This document shows positions 1-12,360 of a stretch of 64,000 bases of DNA, piece by piece. Source of the stretch: Camelus dromedarius. Taxonomy: Eukaryota. The stretch's first letter is position 1, and each line of letters begins with the position of its first letter. The stretch spans positions 62,746,001 through 62,810,000 of the forward strand of contig NC_087437.1 in assembly GCF_036321535.1 (NCBI RefSeq). The letters are read 5' to 3'. The translations under genes and the position numbers were made by a program. The notes under the pieces were generated by a model. The model searched no databases. It saw nothing but the letters and a program-made list of their open reading frames with translations, and was not told where the DNA came from.

Positions 1-2349
1 GTTGAAAGTAAAGAAGGACCACATCTCCTAGACAAAATGGGAAGACAATTCTATTAGTTTTGTGGGTTTAATATCCCCAAAGACCAGGAACAGTGTCCTT
101 ATAAGGGCTAGACTCATAGCCCAGAGAGTACACACAGGTGCGGACGGCACTGGGTGGATTAAGAGTGCCCCAGACGCGTAGCTCACTGGGTTCGCCCATC
201 ATTTTCCTTACTGGCTTCAGGGGCACAACTCAAGAAGGGAAACTCATTTTAATCCACTTTTCTGGAGTTCAGTGATGCTATTCAATCGCATGCCAAAGGC
301 ATGTCTTTCACATACTGTATTATGTAATTGCTAAAAGATACGGGGTCTAGTTGTTCTGTATTAATCATACTTCACTACCCATCATCCAGATGGATATAAT
401 AGGGCTATAAAAGTCTCCCTGGTATTCACTGTAATATTGAATTGGAAGCATTGACTCCAAGAGCTGAAATCAGAAGAAATCATAGGTTCCTAAAACCCAC
501 TAGATATTTAAGGAAGAGTCTTTTAACCTCCTGTTCTTCTGTCTTGCTTTAGCTCCTATGATACAGGAATAATTGTAAACTCATCCTTATTGCTTCCCAA
601 GGCTTGAGCTACATAAGGCAAATGCATTTCAATACATCTGTCTGCAGAGTTTATATACTCAAACATTCCTGTTTCCTTTGGCTTTCTATAACTAATTTAC
701 TTAATCCAAAATCATAGAAGTATCATATATACATTTTCTTCACACTGGAAATTGCTTATATGGAGAAGGGTGTATCATGGCAAGGTCAAGGGTGAAAATC
801 CTCTGGGTAATAAATCCACAAATTCAACTACAGAGCACCAAACCTCCAGCAAGTATCAGTACGTCTTGTGCGATGTACTAATGGCTCTGGCAGGTCTTTT
901 AGCGGAATGCTTAGCAAAGCCAGTCTCCTAGTTGCACATTCAGCTGAGGTCCTCAGGCTACACAACACCAGTTCCTGGCTTGGCTGGCATCCCGGAAACC
1001 CCTTTGGTTGGCCTTCTCGATGTCTGGGCCACTTGGTGCTGGAAGAAAGTTGCTGTGGTGACAGCAGCAGGATATGGGGGAGGCAGAGAATCAGCCTGGT
1101 CCAGAAACACTGTTTCTTATCACTAGGAAACTTGCCCTTGCAATTGCTCGTACCATAATGTTAGACTAAACCTGGCAAACATCTTAACTCAGGATGTTCC
1201 TTCCTCCATCTCTTATGGGAGAATGAATTTGAGTTTCAATTCTCAAAGGCAGAACGCAAGCCTCTGCCTCCTGCTCACTAAGCCATAGCTTTTACACACT
1301 TAGTTCAGGAATTTCTTCTCCAGTGAGTCCTCTGCCAACCCACCATTCCTTACCTCACCACTCTACTCAGGCTTCATGTGTTTTTCAATACACTTCTGAA
1401 CATGTAAATCTCTGATTTATAATATCTGTGTCTGGTTTTTCCCATTAAACTAAGAGTACAAAATGAAGGGCCACTCTGAGCCTTAAAGGCACATTGCACT
1501 GGGATATATCTTACTTCATTTCTACTCATTGGTCCCCTTCTCTTCCCTATACTCCTGTTCCTGTTTGGTAGCATGTGCACAGAGGTCTGAACCACAGGGA
1601 TGATTCTAAATCTGGTGGGAGCCACACAGGGCAGGAATCCTTTTCATCTTCAGAGCCTTTTGGGACATGAGCTCTTTCTATCAGGATCTTCTTCAAAAGA
1701 CAAAACAATCTCCATAGGGGTGAAAAGTCAGCACCTCTGGCTTTAATCTAGATGAACCCTTTGGAATTCTGTTCTAACTCAGTCCAGATCTCCATCAACT
1801 ACTGCTGGCTCCTTCAGGGTCCTGTCCTCACCCTCCCTGCTTTGACTTCGGTAAGGATGCCATTGGATGCAGAGGGTTAAAATGATAAAGTTTCCCACTG
1901 CTTGTCCTCAGGTCTCCTTAGCCTCAGTTTCCCCTGTGTAATCCTCTCTCTGAGTCAGAGACGGAGAGAGGAGACACCTCAAAGGGCACTGAGTCAGTCT
2001 GCCCCGTCACCCCAGAGAAGCACGTTCTAAACTTGCAAGGCCATTGCTGTGACGCTGATGTTGTCACACTGATGTCACTGATTCACTATTCCCTCTAGCT
2101 GGCTTTGGAAGTTAAGAGCTAAAAAGTCTCTCTCTCTATTCCAGGGGTAGAATCTGAAACTTGACCTATCAGATCAGGCAAAAGGCAGTGAAAGCAGCTC
2201 TGCTGCTCTTCCCAGAGTAAACAGTCCCGATACTTTTTCCCTCTGTATACACCCATTTCATGCTCTCAGACTTGTCCACAGCCTCTGCAGAGGAAATGCA
2301 CGTTTCTTCTCAACTGTGGAGTAGGGAACTCTCCTAAAAGGCTTCTGAC

Positions 2350-2496
2350 GGGGAGGGCACAGCTCAGTAGTAGAGCACGTGCTTAGCATGCATGAGGTCC
2401 TGGGTGATATCCCCAGTACCTCCATTAAGATCAATCAATCAATCAATCTAATTATCCACCCCTCAAAAAATAAAGATTAAAATTAAAAAAAAAAAA
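2350..2496 (+). mobile_element. tRNA-Ala-like SINE (camelid Vic-1-like)
   Basis: GGGGAGGGCACAGCTCAGTAGTAGAGCACGTGCTTAGCATGCATGAGGTCCTGGG...CCCCAGTACCTCCA head, (TCAA)n spacer and A-rich tail. Confidence 0.85.
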
Positions 2497-3236
2497 GATA
2501 TCATGAACACAGGGAGGTCTTAATCACGACTCACGGCACCTGAAGTTTCAAGGCTGGGGAGGGCGTCTTCTTCTGGCTTCATCTCCCTGCAGGCCACCCT
2601 CCCAAGCTCCATGCCTGGCCGGGAAGCCAAATTTTCCTGGTAAAATAGGGCCACGCCTGAGTCCAAGATCTATCCACATCAGAGTTTTCTCATAGGCCTT
2701 CAAATAAGCCCTCAGGTAGGTTAAATGTAAGCTCTCTAAGACAGTTTACCCTATTACCTTACATGGTAACATTCTCCGCTTTTCGCACTGTGTGAACATA
2801 AACCAGTTCAGCTCCAGTAATACACACAAAGCCTCAAAATAACATTATACACATTACTGCATATAACTGCATTCTCCCTCAGAGAATGACCAAGGCTCTC
2901 TTGCAGTTTTTCTCTCCTGTAGGCAGAGTCTTCGTTCACAAAGATTTCTGAAAGGATATTTTTCTTTCCATTCCTGCTGTCACTGCCCTAATTCGGAGCT
3001 TTTAAATCCACTTGCTCTAACTACGTAACAACCTCCAAATTGGTCTCTTTGCAGCTAGTCCTTTTCTCTTCCCCATTTGCTATATCTCTGTTACCAGAAC
3101 AATCCTATTGCTATGTGCAAGTCACTGTTTAAAACTTGATCAACAAAATCTAACTTGTCAGCTTGCCATTTAAACTGCTCCATGATCAAGCCGGAGCTCA
3201 CCTTTCCAGCCGCATGAGCGTCCATTCTTTGATAAC

Positions 3237-3421
3237 CCAAAGTTCTCAAGCTGTGGTTCCCACACCAGCAATGTAAGCATCGTCTGGGCACTTGTGAGAG
3301 ATGCAGAGTCTTAGGTCCTGCTCCAGGGCTACCAGATGAGAAACAATGGGGGTGGCCCAGCACTCTGTTCTAACAAGCCCTCCAAGTAATTGGAGATGTA
3401 TGCTAAAGTTTGGAAACCACT
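3237..3421. mobile_element. MER5A-like hAT-Charlie MITE
   Basis: GTTCTCAAGCTGTGGTTCCC...GAGATGCAGAGTCTTAGG...TAACAAGCCCTCCAAGTAATT...AAAGTTTGGAAACCACT with terminal inverted repeats. Confidence 0.8.
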
Positions 3422-4964
3422 ATTCTATATGAACCATCCACTTTAGTCTAATTATTCAGTTGACTGCACCACCCATATTGTGATTCCCATCACTCAAACC
3501 ATTCTGCAGCCTCTCTGCTTATCTAAAGCCTGCCTAGGGCTTCTAAGAAGACTAAGCCCATCATCTTCTCCTATTTCTCTGGGAGCACCTCTTGTGCCAT
3601 TCATTTGGCACTGATAAATGCTTGTTTATGTACTTTACTTCCCTAACTCTAAGGGAAGTCCTTGAGGACAGAGACGTCCCCCATCTTTGTATCCCAGCAC
3701 AAGCTCTTCAGTCATAGAGGAGCTCATTAAATGGCTGGTGATGAATAGCTAAGCACAAATCAAGAGAAATCACTGGCATCTATTTTTAGGTCCAGAGACC
3801 TCTAAGAAAAAGTCAATGTCGTTGAGGCTGTCATCTCTTAAACTCAGCAAAGTGACTATCAGTATAGGCTAGGGCTTCCTGTCCCTTAAGATGTTCTAAG
3901 TGTTGCCCAGTCAATTAAGATGGGTTAAAGGAAGTGACCTGTTTCTTTTCTGCAGGACTTCTAGGAACCTTTAATATGCTAATTAACATGCTCTGGTAGA
4001 TGACGACTCTCCAAAGTGAGTATTTACCAAATTCTATTAATATGCTGCAGAAAGCAGTATGGTTAACATCGATCTTGGCTATTACTCCATCTCAGTCTGG
4101 AACACAAAAGGTGAATCAGACTCCTGAGGATGGTATCCTGACACAGGGTTGACAGTCAAACTCAAAACTTTTTATGAACACCAAAGTAGGAGGTAAGTTG
4201 CTGTCCAGGTCAGTTATTTTTGGCTATGTGCTATCACATTAGAGTACCGGGGAGCCAGTAGGGAGCCTGACCTGGATTCAACTCATAATGTGCCGTTCAG
4301 TAGTAACCTTAACCAGAGGTAACCATGCCAGGCTTGATTACAGAGGCAGAGGGAAAGAGTTAAGCTGGGTGCCACTGGAACATTTAAGACTGTGATTAAG
4401 TGCTACTTAACTGAAAATGTCACAATGGAAACTCTCCGAGGGAAGGGAACACAAGGGAAGAAGAAAGGGAGGAAACTGCTTATCTGGAGGAAGAAACAGG
4501 TGACTGGTGGTCAATGACTTCTGTTTTCGGCCTTTTTTTTTTTTTAAGGAATCTACATTTTTTGGTGTGTGAGGTAGGAAAGAAAGTGTAAGATTTAGTG
4601 TCTCCAGGACTTAATGTAGTTTGAGACCCTACAGTCTTAGCCTGGCCCTGTTTCTCCCGAGGACCTGTGCTGAGTGAGTTTTCCTCTAGGTCCTTGCTAC
4701 CTGGCTTGGAAAAAAGCAGCAGAGAAACAAGACTGCATTCGGTCTGGGCCTCCCAACCAAGCCCAGGCTCTCTCCTTCTGCTTTCCCCGCTCTGTGTTCT
4801 TCCTGCAGCGGTGGCCTCGTGGTCCTCCCTGGCCTCTTTGGACGCAGAGCACAGATTGACACTGAGGGCACACGTGGCCGGGAAAATCCACCGTCTGGGT
4901 TTTTCCCATCCCCATCAACCTGGCGATACATTCATGAGTATGATGCCACTGGCATAAATTCTTA

Positions 4965-5505
4965 ATAATTTTTTATTTCGACATAATTTCAGATCTAGAG
5001 AAAAGCTGCAAGATTTGTACAAAGAATTCTTACATCTCCTTCACCCAGATTTCCCAAATATGAACATTTTACCACTTGCTTTTCCTTTTCTCTGTCTCTT
5101 TCTAAACTCAGAATAAGTTAAAAAGAAGATACCCCTTTACCCCTAAATAGTTCGGTGTATGTTCCCTAAAAACAAAGGTGTTCTCTTACATAACCACAGC
5201 ATAACTAGCAAAATCAGGAATTTAATTGCCAATCACTCCTGTAATATCCTTTATAGAAAAAGGCCACGTCTTTCATGACTTGGACATCTTTTATCAGTAC
5301 AGTATAAATACAAGACAGTTATTTTGTAGAATATTTCCTCAGTTTGGGTTTGCTGGATGTTTCCTTAATATTAGATTGAGAATGTGCATTTTTGGCAAGA
5401 ATACCCCTGAACATGATGTGCCGTATCAGGAGGCACATAATAACAATTTGATCCAGTTTTAGTGATGTTAACGTTGATCCCCTGGTCATGGTGGTATCTG
5501 TTATG
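4965..5505 (-). mobile_element. Ancient L1 (L1MC/L1MB-like) 3' UTR fragment
   Basis: TTTTATTTCGACATAATTTCAGATCTAGAGAAAAGCTGCAAGA...TTCACCCAGATTTCCCAAAT...CTCTTACATAACCACAG, typical of L1MC-type 3' ends. Confidence 0.65.
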
Positions 5506-5798
5506 GGCAAATTTTCTGATCCATCAAGTTAAACTGCATATATGCTTAGTCCTGGTGTTTTAAAATTCTGCTACAAATCAACTGTAAATGATGTTTGAAC
5601 CTAATCCTGTGTAAAACACCCAGTTCCACTCATGAAATGATTTCCTGATCATAAATATGATAGAATAATTTTCCATTACCTTGAAAACAGATTGAACAAT
5701 GTATAGTGAAAACAGTGATTATGCTAAAGGCTAGAATTAGATTTTGTCAAATTTTGGTAGGTTGTGCTTTATTTGACTTGCTATTTAAAGTTGATTTT

Positions 5799-6524
5799 CT
5801 CCATCAACAGATGACTGGATGAAGAAGTTGTGGTTTATTTATACAATGGAATACTACTCAGCCATTAAAAGAATAAAATAATGACATTTGCAGCAACATG
5901 GATTGACCTGGAAATCATCCTTTTTTTTTTTAACATTTTTTATTGATTTATAATCATTTTACAATGTTGTGTCAAATTCCAGTGTTCAGCACAATTTTTC
6001 AGTCATTCATGGACATATACACACTCATTGTCACATTTTTTTCTCTGTGAGTTATCATAACATTTTGTGTATATTTCCCTGTGCTATACTGGAAATCGTC
6101 ATTCTAAGTGAAGTAAGCCAGAAAGAGAAAGAAAAGTACTATATTATATCACTCACATGTGGAACCTAAAAAAAGAAAAAAAAAAAAAAAAAAGGAGGAC
6201 ACTAATGAACTCACCTACAAAACAGAAACAGACTCACAGACATAGTGAACAACCTCATGGTTACCAGGGGAAAGGGCTGGGAAGGAGTAAATTTGGAAGT
6301 TTGAGATTTATAAATATTAGCCATTATATATAAAAATAGATTTAAAAACCCAACAAATTTCTTCTGTATAGCACAGGGAACTATATTCAATAACTTATAA
6401 TAACCTTTAATGAAAAACAATATGAAAACGAATGTATGTATGTATATGCATGACTGGGACATTACGCTGTACACCAGAAACTGATACATTGTAACTGACT
6501 GTACTTCAATTAAAAAAAAAAGAA
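5799..6524 (+). mobile_element. 5'-truncated L1 (ORF2 C-terminus + 3' UTR + poly(A)) carrying a nested insertion
   Basis: CCATCAACAGATGACTGGAT...ATGGAATACTACTCAGCCATTAAAA...TTTGCAGCAACATGG ORF2 end; laurasiatherian-type 3' UTR (CTGTATAGCACAGGGAACTATATTCAA); TSD TAAAGTTGATTTT (5786-5798) / TAAAATTGATTTT (6525-6537). Confidence 0.9.
5920..6088 (-). mobile_element. Younger L1 3'-end fragment nested antisense inside the L1 above
   Basis: Poly(T) followed by the reverse complement of an L1 3' end similar to 34395-34640; flanked by CTGGAAATCATC (5908-5919) / CTGGAAATCGTC (6089-6100). Confidence 0.88.
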
Positions 6525-7769
6525 TAAAATTGATTTTAGCCTGTGGGTTTCCAAAATCAGTAAAGTTGAAGTTTCTGTGTAAAAGTTGCTAAATGGGGAT
6601 TCTGAAAGCTAACCCGGGGTCAGGCTTGTATACAATCCAGGACGTCCTCCTATAGATTTTGAAATTGTCACTGAAAATGGTATTGGAGGTTTTGGGGGAG
6701 GCATAAAATTCTGACCAGCTCTGTTAATTACTCACAATATTTTACTAATAAATACAGAAATATCATCATGACAAAGAATGATGCTTGCTTTAGTCTTGAG
6801 TATGAAAGCTGACCAGCTGAAAAGGCCAGATGAAAAAATGGAAACATGATTCTAAGATACTGGTAGACAGTGAGGCATTTCCTGTCTCACAAGTCTGATT
6901 TAAGAGAGTTAAATGTGGGAGAAATGGCAAGTAGGTGATGAGAGAATAATTAGTGAGAACCTCAGCTGGCCCCTAGAACACAGGAAGGGCTGGGTAGAGA
7001 GACTGGGTTGGGATGATACTGAGGGGACCCTGGAAGGGTCCCTTTCTAAAAACACTGTGTAAGTTACTTGCATAATTGCAACCAGACACTCCCGTTAGCA
7101 AGCATTCCCTGCCTTTGGGACAGGTGAGACAAGCTGACTCCTTGTCCTCCAGCCATGAGCTGGTTCTAGAGACTTACCAGTAGTATTCCAACTTCTCTTC
7201 AGCCAAGAAAAACATCCAAAGTGCCCACTGGGCTGCTAGAGAACTGTGCACTAAGTCACACAGGGCAGGGGGTTGAAGCTCAGGTGTCCTCAGGGATTAA
7301 TAAGGAAGTAAACACGAGAAGAGTCTGGATACTGGACAATCAGGAGTGGCATGGAATGGCCAAATGGAGAGTGCAGGTCTGCTAAAGACATTCATATTCA
7401 TGTTTTAAGACAGAATCCAAACACTCTGCTGCCAAATGCTATACACCTGGGACCAGAGGCCCGAGGGCTGCTAGTCTGCCATGCCTGCCCAACAGTGACA
7501 AGGCCATCTCCTCATTACTAAAGCAGAGCCCTCCGTGACATGATCGGTAAAGACTGGGGTGAGATATCACCCAGCGCCACAGAAACCCTGGAGACATCCT
7601 TTGCAAGAAAAACACACAATTAGTATTGTGTATATTGGAATCACTATTTCCACAAGAACACCTCTTTCCTAGAAGACTGCCTAGACCCTGCCACATTAGA
7701 CGGCTCTTTTATTCCTTAAGTGCTGGGTCCTGTAGGATCCATTTATATCTGAAGATACTGTATTATTAT

Positions 7770-8330
7770 TCATTCACTCAACAAATGTCTACTGAATGCT
7801 GTCCACATGCTCAGTGCTATTCCCGATGCTGGGCTCCAGCAGTGAGGGAGACAAAGTCCCTGACATCAGGAAGTTGACATTCTAGTTGAGGTGGAAGTGG
7901 GGTCAGATAATAAACTAATAAATGAGTTAGAAAAATTTCCAAAGCAGTTGATCAGCATGTAGAGAATTAAACTGGCTACTGAGCTAGAGATGGTCTGTAT
8001 AACTTCTTCAGAGTGAGCAGCTGGTGATAGTCTCTGAGAAGTAAGCCGAGACCTGAATGATAAGAGGGAACCAGCTGTGGGAAGATAGGAGGAAGGCCTC
8101 ATGCCAAGGGCACAGCCTGTGCAGAACTCCTAAGGCAGAAAGGAGTTTGGGATGCTCAGGTTATCTGGGGGAAGTTCCTGAGGTTGGAGCATGGTTGGTG
8201 GGTGGACAGATGCAAAATGAAGTTGGAAAGGTGGGCAGTGGCTAGATTCCGAGGCTTGCAGGCCATGGCAGAGAGTTGGAACTTTATCCTAAATCCAAAT
8301 GGGAAATCACTGGAAGGATTGATGATAAGA
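7770..8330 (-). mobile_element. L2 LINE 3' fragment
   Basis: TTCATTCACTCAACAAATGTCTACTGAATGCT tail, followed by typical antisense L2 (GAGACCTGAATGATAAGAGGGAACCAGC...GAGTTGGAACTTTATCCTAA). Confidence 0.78.
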
Positions 8331-8888
8331 CATGATTTACTTTAATTGATAATCTTTCACTTCTGATTGGTCCATGTTGTATTGTCGGATAAATTTATTA
8401 TGGATTAGAATCACCTTTCCACTAAGAATCAACTTTTCTTCAAAAAGATTTGGGGAGAAGTATCTTACCAAATATGGATAAATGGGGAATATCAAGATAT
8501 TCAAATCTGGTTTCTGGACAAAACACTCCATATTCAGCTCACACACCTAAGGCACCCCACCCCTTCCTGCTATCAGCTTGTGACGCCTAACTGATCTCTG
8601 TTCTATTCTTCCTGCCATGGTCTAGGGCATGTTGATGCACACTTAGGTGATGTTATCAATGGCTCCTACCTCTAAAGTTACTGATCTCCCTGCCTAGAAA
8701 GTTCTTCCCCAGATCCCACATGGTTCATTCCCTCTCTGCCTTCAGGTCTTACTGAAATGCTACTTTCCCAGTTTTTCCTGCACTCTATTTAAAAGTGCAG
8801 CATCCCACCCTTCCACACGGACACTCTCTATTCCCTTTCTCTTTTACTTTCCCTGCAGCACTTACTGCCATCTAACCATGTCTCTTAG

Positions 8889-9397
8889 TGTTCTGTATTC
8901 TGATGCTGTGGTATCTGGAGTCCTGCTGACCCTGGAGAAAAAGCCCCTCTCAGGGCCAGCTGATTCCTAGAGGTGGCAAACAACTTGCTTCCGCTTGTGC
9001 CTTTCATATGCAAACCTATCAAGCCAGAGTCTATACTGCCAACCAACTTCTTTATCAGGCTCTCATTTCGGGCCACTATCTACTTGCCCTAATCATCCCA
9101 GGGTCAGGAAACCAGCCCACTGAGGATGGCCCCTGAGCTCCAGAGCCTGCTGAAATTATCCAAACTAGTTCATCCTAAACGTGATTACCCTGACTCACCT
9201 CTTAAAGGCTTTAGGCCCCGAGTTCCTTCACCCTCCCTGCAACCACCCTCAGTGTTTCCACCTGTGGCCCTGTGGGATGCGCTTCCTTCCTCATGGGAAC
9301 TATGAGTAATAGAAGATCTTTTCAGTGGTAATCACTCCTGACCTGTTGGCCTCACTGAACCTCAAAATTTTCTATGAATACACTGCATTAAAAAACA
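8889..9397 (+). mobile_element. Solo ERV1-class LTR (MER39/MER34-like) inserted into an L2 3' end
   Basis: TG...CA termini, ~510 bp, with CCCTGGAGAAAAAGCCCCTCTCAGGGCCAGCTGATTCCTAGAG; L2 3'-end sequence on both flanks (~8690-8885 and ~9400-9560). Confidence 0.68.
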
Positions 9398-11689
9398 CCT
9401 ACTATAGAACTAATTATCTGTCTCTCTTACTCCCCTCACTCGACTATCAGCTCCATGACAGCAGGGAATTTTTCTCCGCTTTTGTTCACTGTTGTGCTTC
9501 CACCATCTAGAAGAGTGGCTGACACAGAGAATTACAACCCTCAATAAACTCTCATTCGTTGAAAAAAGATTTCACAGGAAGTGCTCAATAAATATGTTCT
9601 AAATAGTAAATGAATGAAAAGGAAGCCAAGGTGCCTGTCTGTGTAAGCACAGTTAAATACAGGAGTCAAGTGGTGGAGTGAGATGACCTCGGGATCTGAC
9701 CTTGGGACCTGACCTTGGGATCTACCTCTTAACCTTTCTGAGCCTTGGTTTCCTGTCTGCAAAATGGGGATAACCAATACCTACCTCTGAGAACATAATA
9801 CTTAAATAGTGAAAGGTTATTATGTAACAGTAACTTGTTATATGATTGTTAAATGACAATCAACAGCATTGTGTTGTCATACAGCAATGCCCCAGGGGCC
9901 TAAGGCCTGGGAGACAGGCCAGCCCCATCCTGAGATCCTGAGCCGTCAGACTGCGGTGCTGTGAGTCAGCTGGTGTATGAGCTCTCTCGCTTTCTCTCAC
10001 AGGACAGCAGCAAAGGGAGAACACACTTCCTTCTGAGCAGCTCCAGTCCCCTCATTGCCTTCTATAAAACCTGCTGCTCCTCACCAGTCGCAGATGCAGG
10101 AGCGGATCCCGGCAGGTGCAGGCCCACACACACTCACAGACACACATGACAAGTGTGCATGCGTGAGGGGCACGGCACATGTAGGCCTTCCACAAACTCA
10201 AGGTGGAGACCCCAGAACGACCAGACTCACATCACGAGAGGACTTATCTGGTTTATAAATTTTCCACCCGTTTCTCTCTTCAAAGTTATGAACTATATCG
10301 TGACTTCAACAAATAAAAACGCTTAGATGAACAAGAAGACTTAAAAAGTCAAGCTTTCAAAAGTAACTTTTAGTCATTGTAGGAAAAAATAGAAGAAAAA
10401 TGAAACGTTTCTGTAATCTCCCCACCATAACGCCACCTTTCACTTTAGAAAGTTTACCCCCCCTCTTTGTGCATGTGTTAGACCAGGGTATTTGCTGAAT
10501 GAATGAACCGAAACTTGAGCCCAGATGACCCTTCTTCAGCTCACAGTCCCTCTGGGTAAGTCTCAGGATTCCAGGCAGCCTGAATGCTGCTTGGGCCCCT
10601 TTCACGGCACCCTACGGTCCTAGGCCAGGCCCCAGGCCCCCCACTCCCTCAGAGAGGGAAAGTGCAGTACAGTGAAAAGAGCCCTTGGCCACGCCAAGAA
10701 TCCCAGGGGGAGGGTCCTAGCTTTACTGCTAACTTGCTTCACGGTCTCAGACAAATCCCCATCTTACCAATCTGTCAAATGGGAGAACAACTCTACATCC
10801 TCTTTACCAGCCCTTTCACCTTTAAAACTCAGGGATACAGAAGACTGAAGTCTGCGTTCTAAGCTGACTTTCAGGTGCCATGATTTCGGGGGGGGCAACA
10901 TTTCATGTTCTGCACTTTGATCGTGATTCTCAGGCAGGCCCACAGCAGAGGAGGCAGTTCCCAGAAGTCAGAGTGGGAACCAGAGCTGAGGAAAAGCAAG
11001 ACCGTAAGGTTGTTAATCACCACGAGAGAAGGTGAGAGGCCAGGCAGGATGCTGCAGGGCTTCTGCAGACTCCCGCGAACAAGCCCTTGGACCCGAATCA
11101 GCTGCCTTCCACTTGCCACTCGCACTGGGCACACAGGGCCGGGGCTCAGCCTCCAGGTTCCTGCTCATCGTGGCCCTTGAAAATCCTGCCATCTATTCTT
11201 GGGCCTTAAACTGTGTGAATTTATAACATTTAAAAGTAGCATGAGAGATTATGAATTTGTAAAACTGGGGAAATGCTTAGTCAATATTTAGTGAAAGAAG
11301 CAGAATACAATGTTGAGTTTAAAAACTGAACCAGCTCTGATCTATATATAGTACCTATAGAAAAAAAAAAAGGTAAGAATCCAAAGTGTGTCTAGGATTA
11401 CAGGAGATGTTTTCCTTAAGTTTTCCTATGTTCTCCAAATTATGTTATAAATACATACTATTTTAAAACTCCATCACACATAAACACATGCTTCTGAAAT
11501 GTCAAATAATACCTTAGAGGACTATAGGGTAAAACGTCCTCCAGCCCTAAGTCCTTCCCAGCTATTCCTCCCAAACCCAACTCCATCTCCTGCCTGGAGG
11601 TAACCGTAGCTGTTTCACATGTTAACTCTCAGATACACACACGTGTATACAGTTTGTTCTTACCCAAAGCAGTTCACGCTATAGATTTG

Positions 11690-12360
11690 ACTGTTTTAAT
11701 TTTTTTAATTTAATAAGTGGGAGATCTCCCCAGGTCTGTGTTTTCATTTTTGTTTGTTTTAGACGATTGCCTAGAATTCCACACTAAAACTGTACCACAA
11801 CCAATCCCCTATAGGAAATCATGCTACTGTCCATCTTCTTGTTAGCTATTAACAAAAACTGCCACTTGACAAAAACTGCCTGGGACAAATAGAGAACTTT
11901 TCAGGGTGTACTTCCAGAAGTATGTCAAAAGACACACACATGTTCAGTTTTTATAAGATTCTGCAGAATGGCCCTCCAGAAAGACTGTATCAATTTATAT
12001 TTCCACCAGTGTGTGATTGTTTCTCCATCCCCTTACCAATAATTCTGCTCATCTGAAGGGTTAAAAATTATCTTATTTTTATTTGTATTTCTCTGGTTAC
12101 TACTGATATTATCTTTTCAAAAGTTTATTGGTTTGTTTTTGAAAGTCCTACTTCGTTTTAACTTGTGCCCACTTTCCTATTGCATTGTTGCCTTTTTTCT
12201 CACTGATTTATAAAAATCCTTTATGCATTCTGGGTATCCATCTTTTGTCTGTTAGGTAGGTTGCAAGTATTTTCTCCCACTCTATCATTTGTCTTAACTT
12301 CTTTTATAGTGCCTATTACATTTGCCTGAAATCCATCTGGAATTTTTATGTATAATGGTA
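11690..12360 (-). mobile_element. Ancient L1 (L1ME-like) fragment
   Basis: T-rich sequence with GCCCTCCAGAAAGACTGTATCAATTTATATTCCCACCAG...TTGCAAGTATTTTCTCCCA, characteristic of antisense L1 ORF2. Confidence 0.65.
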
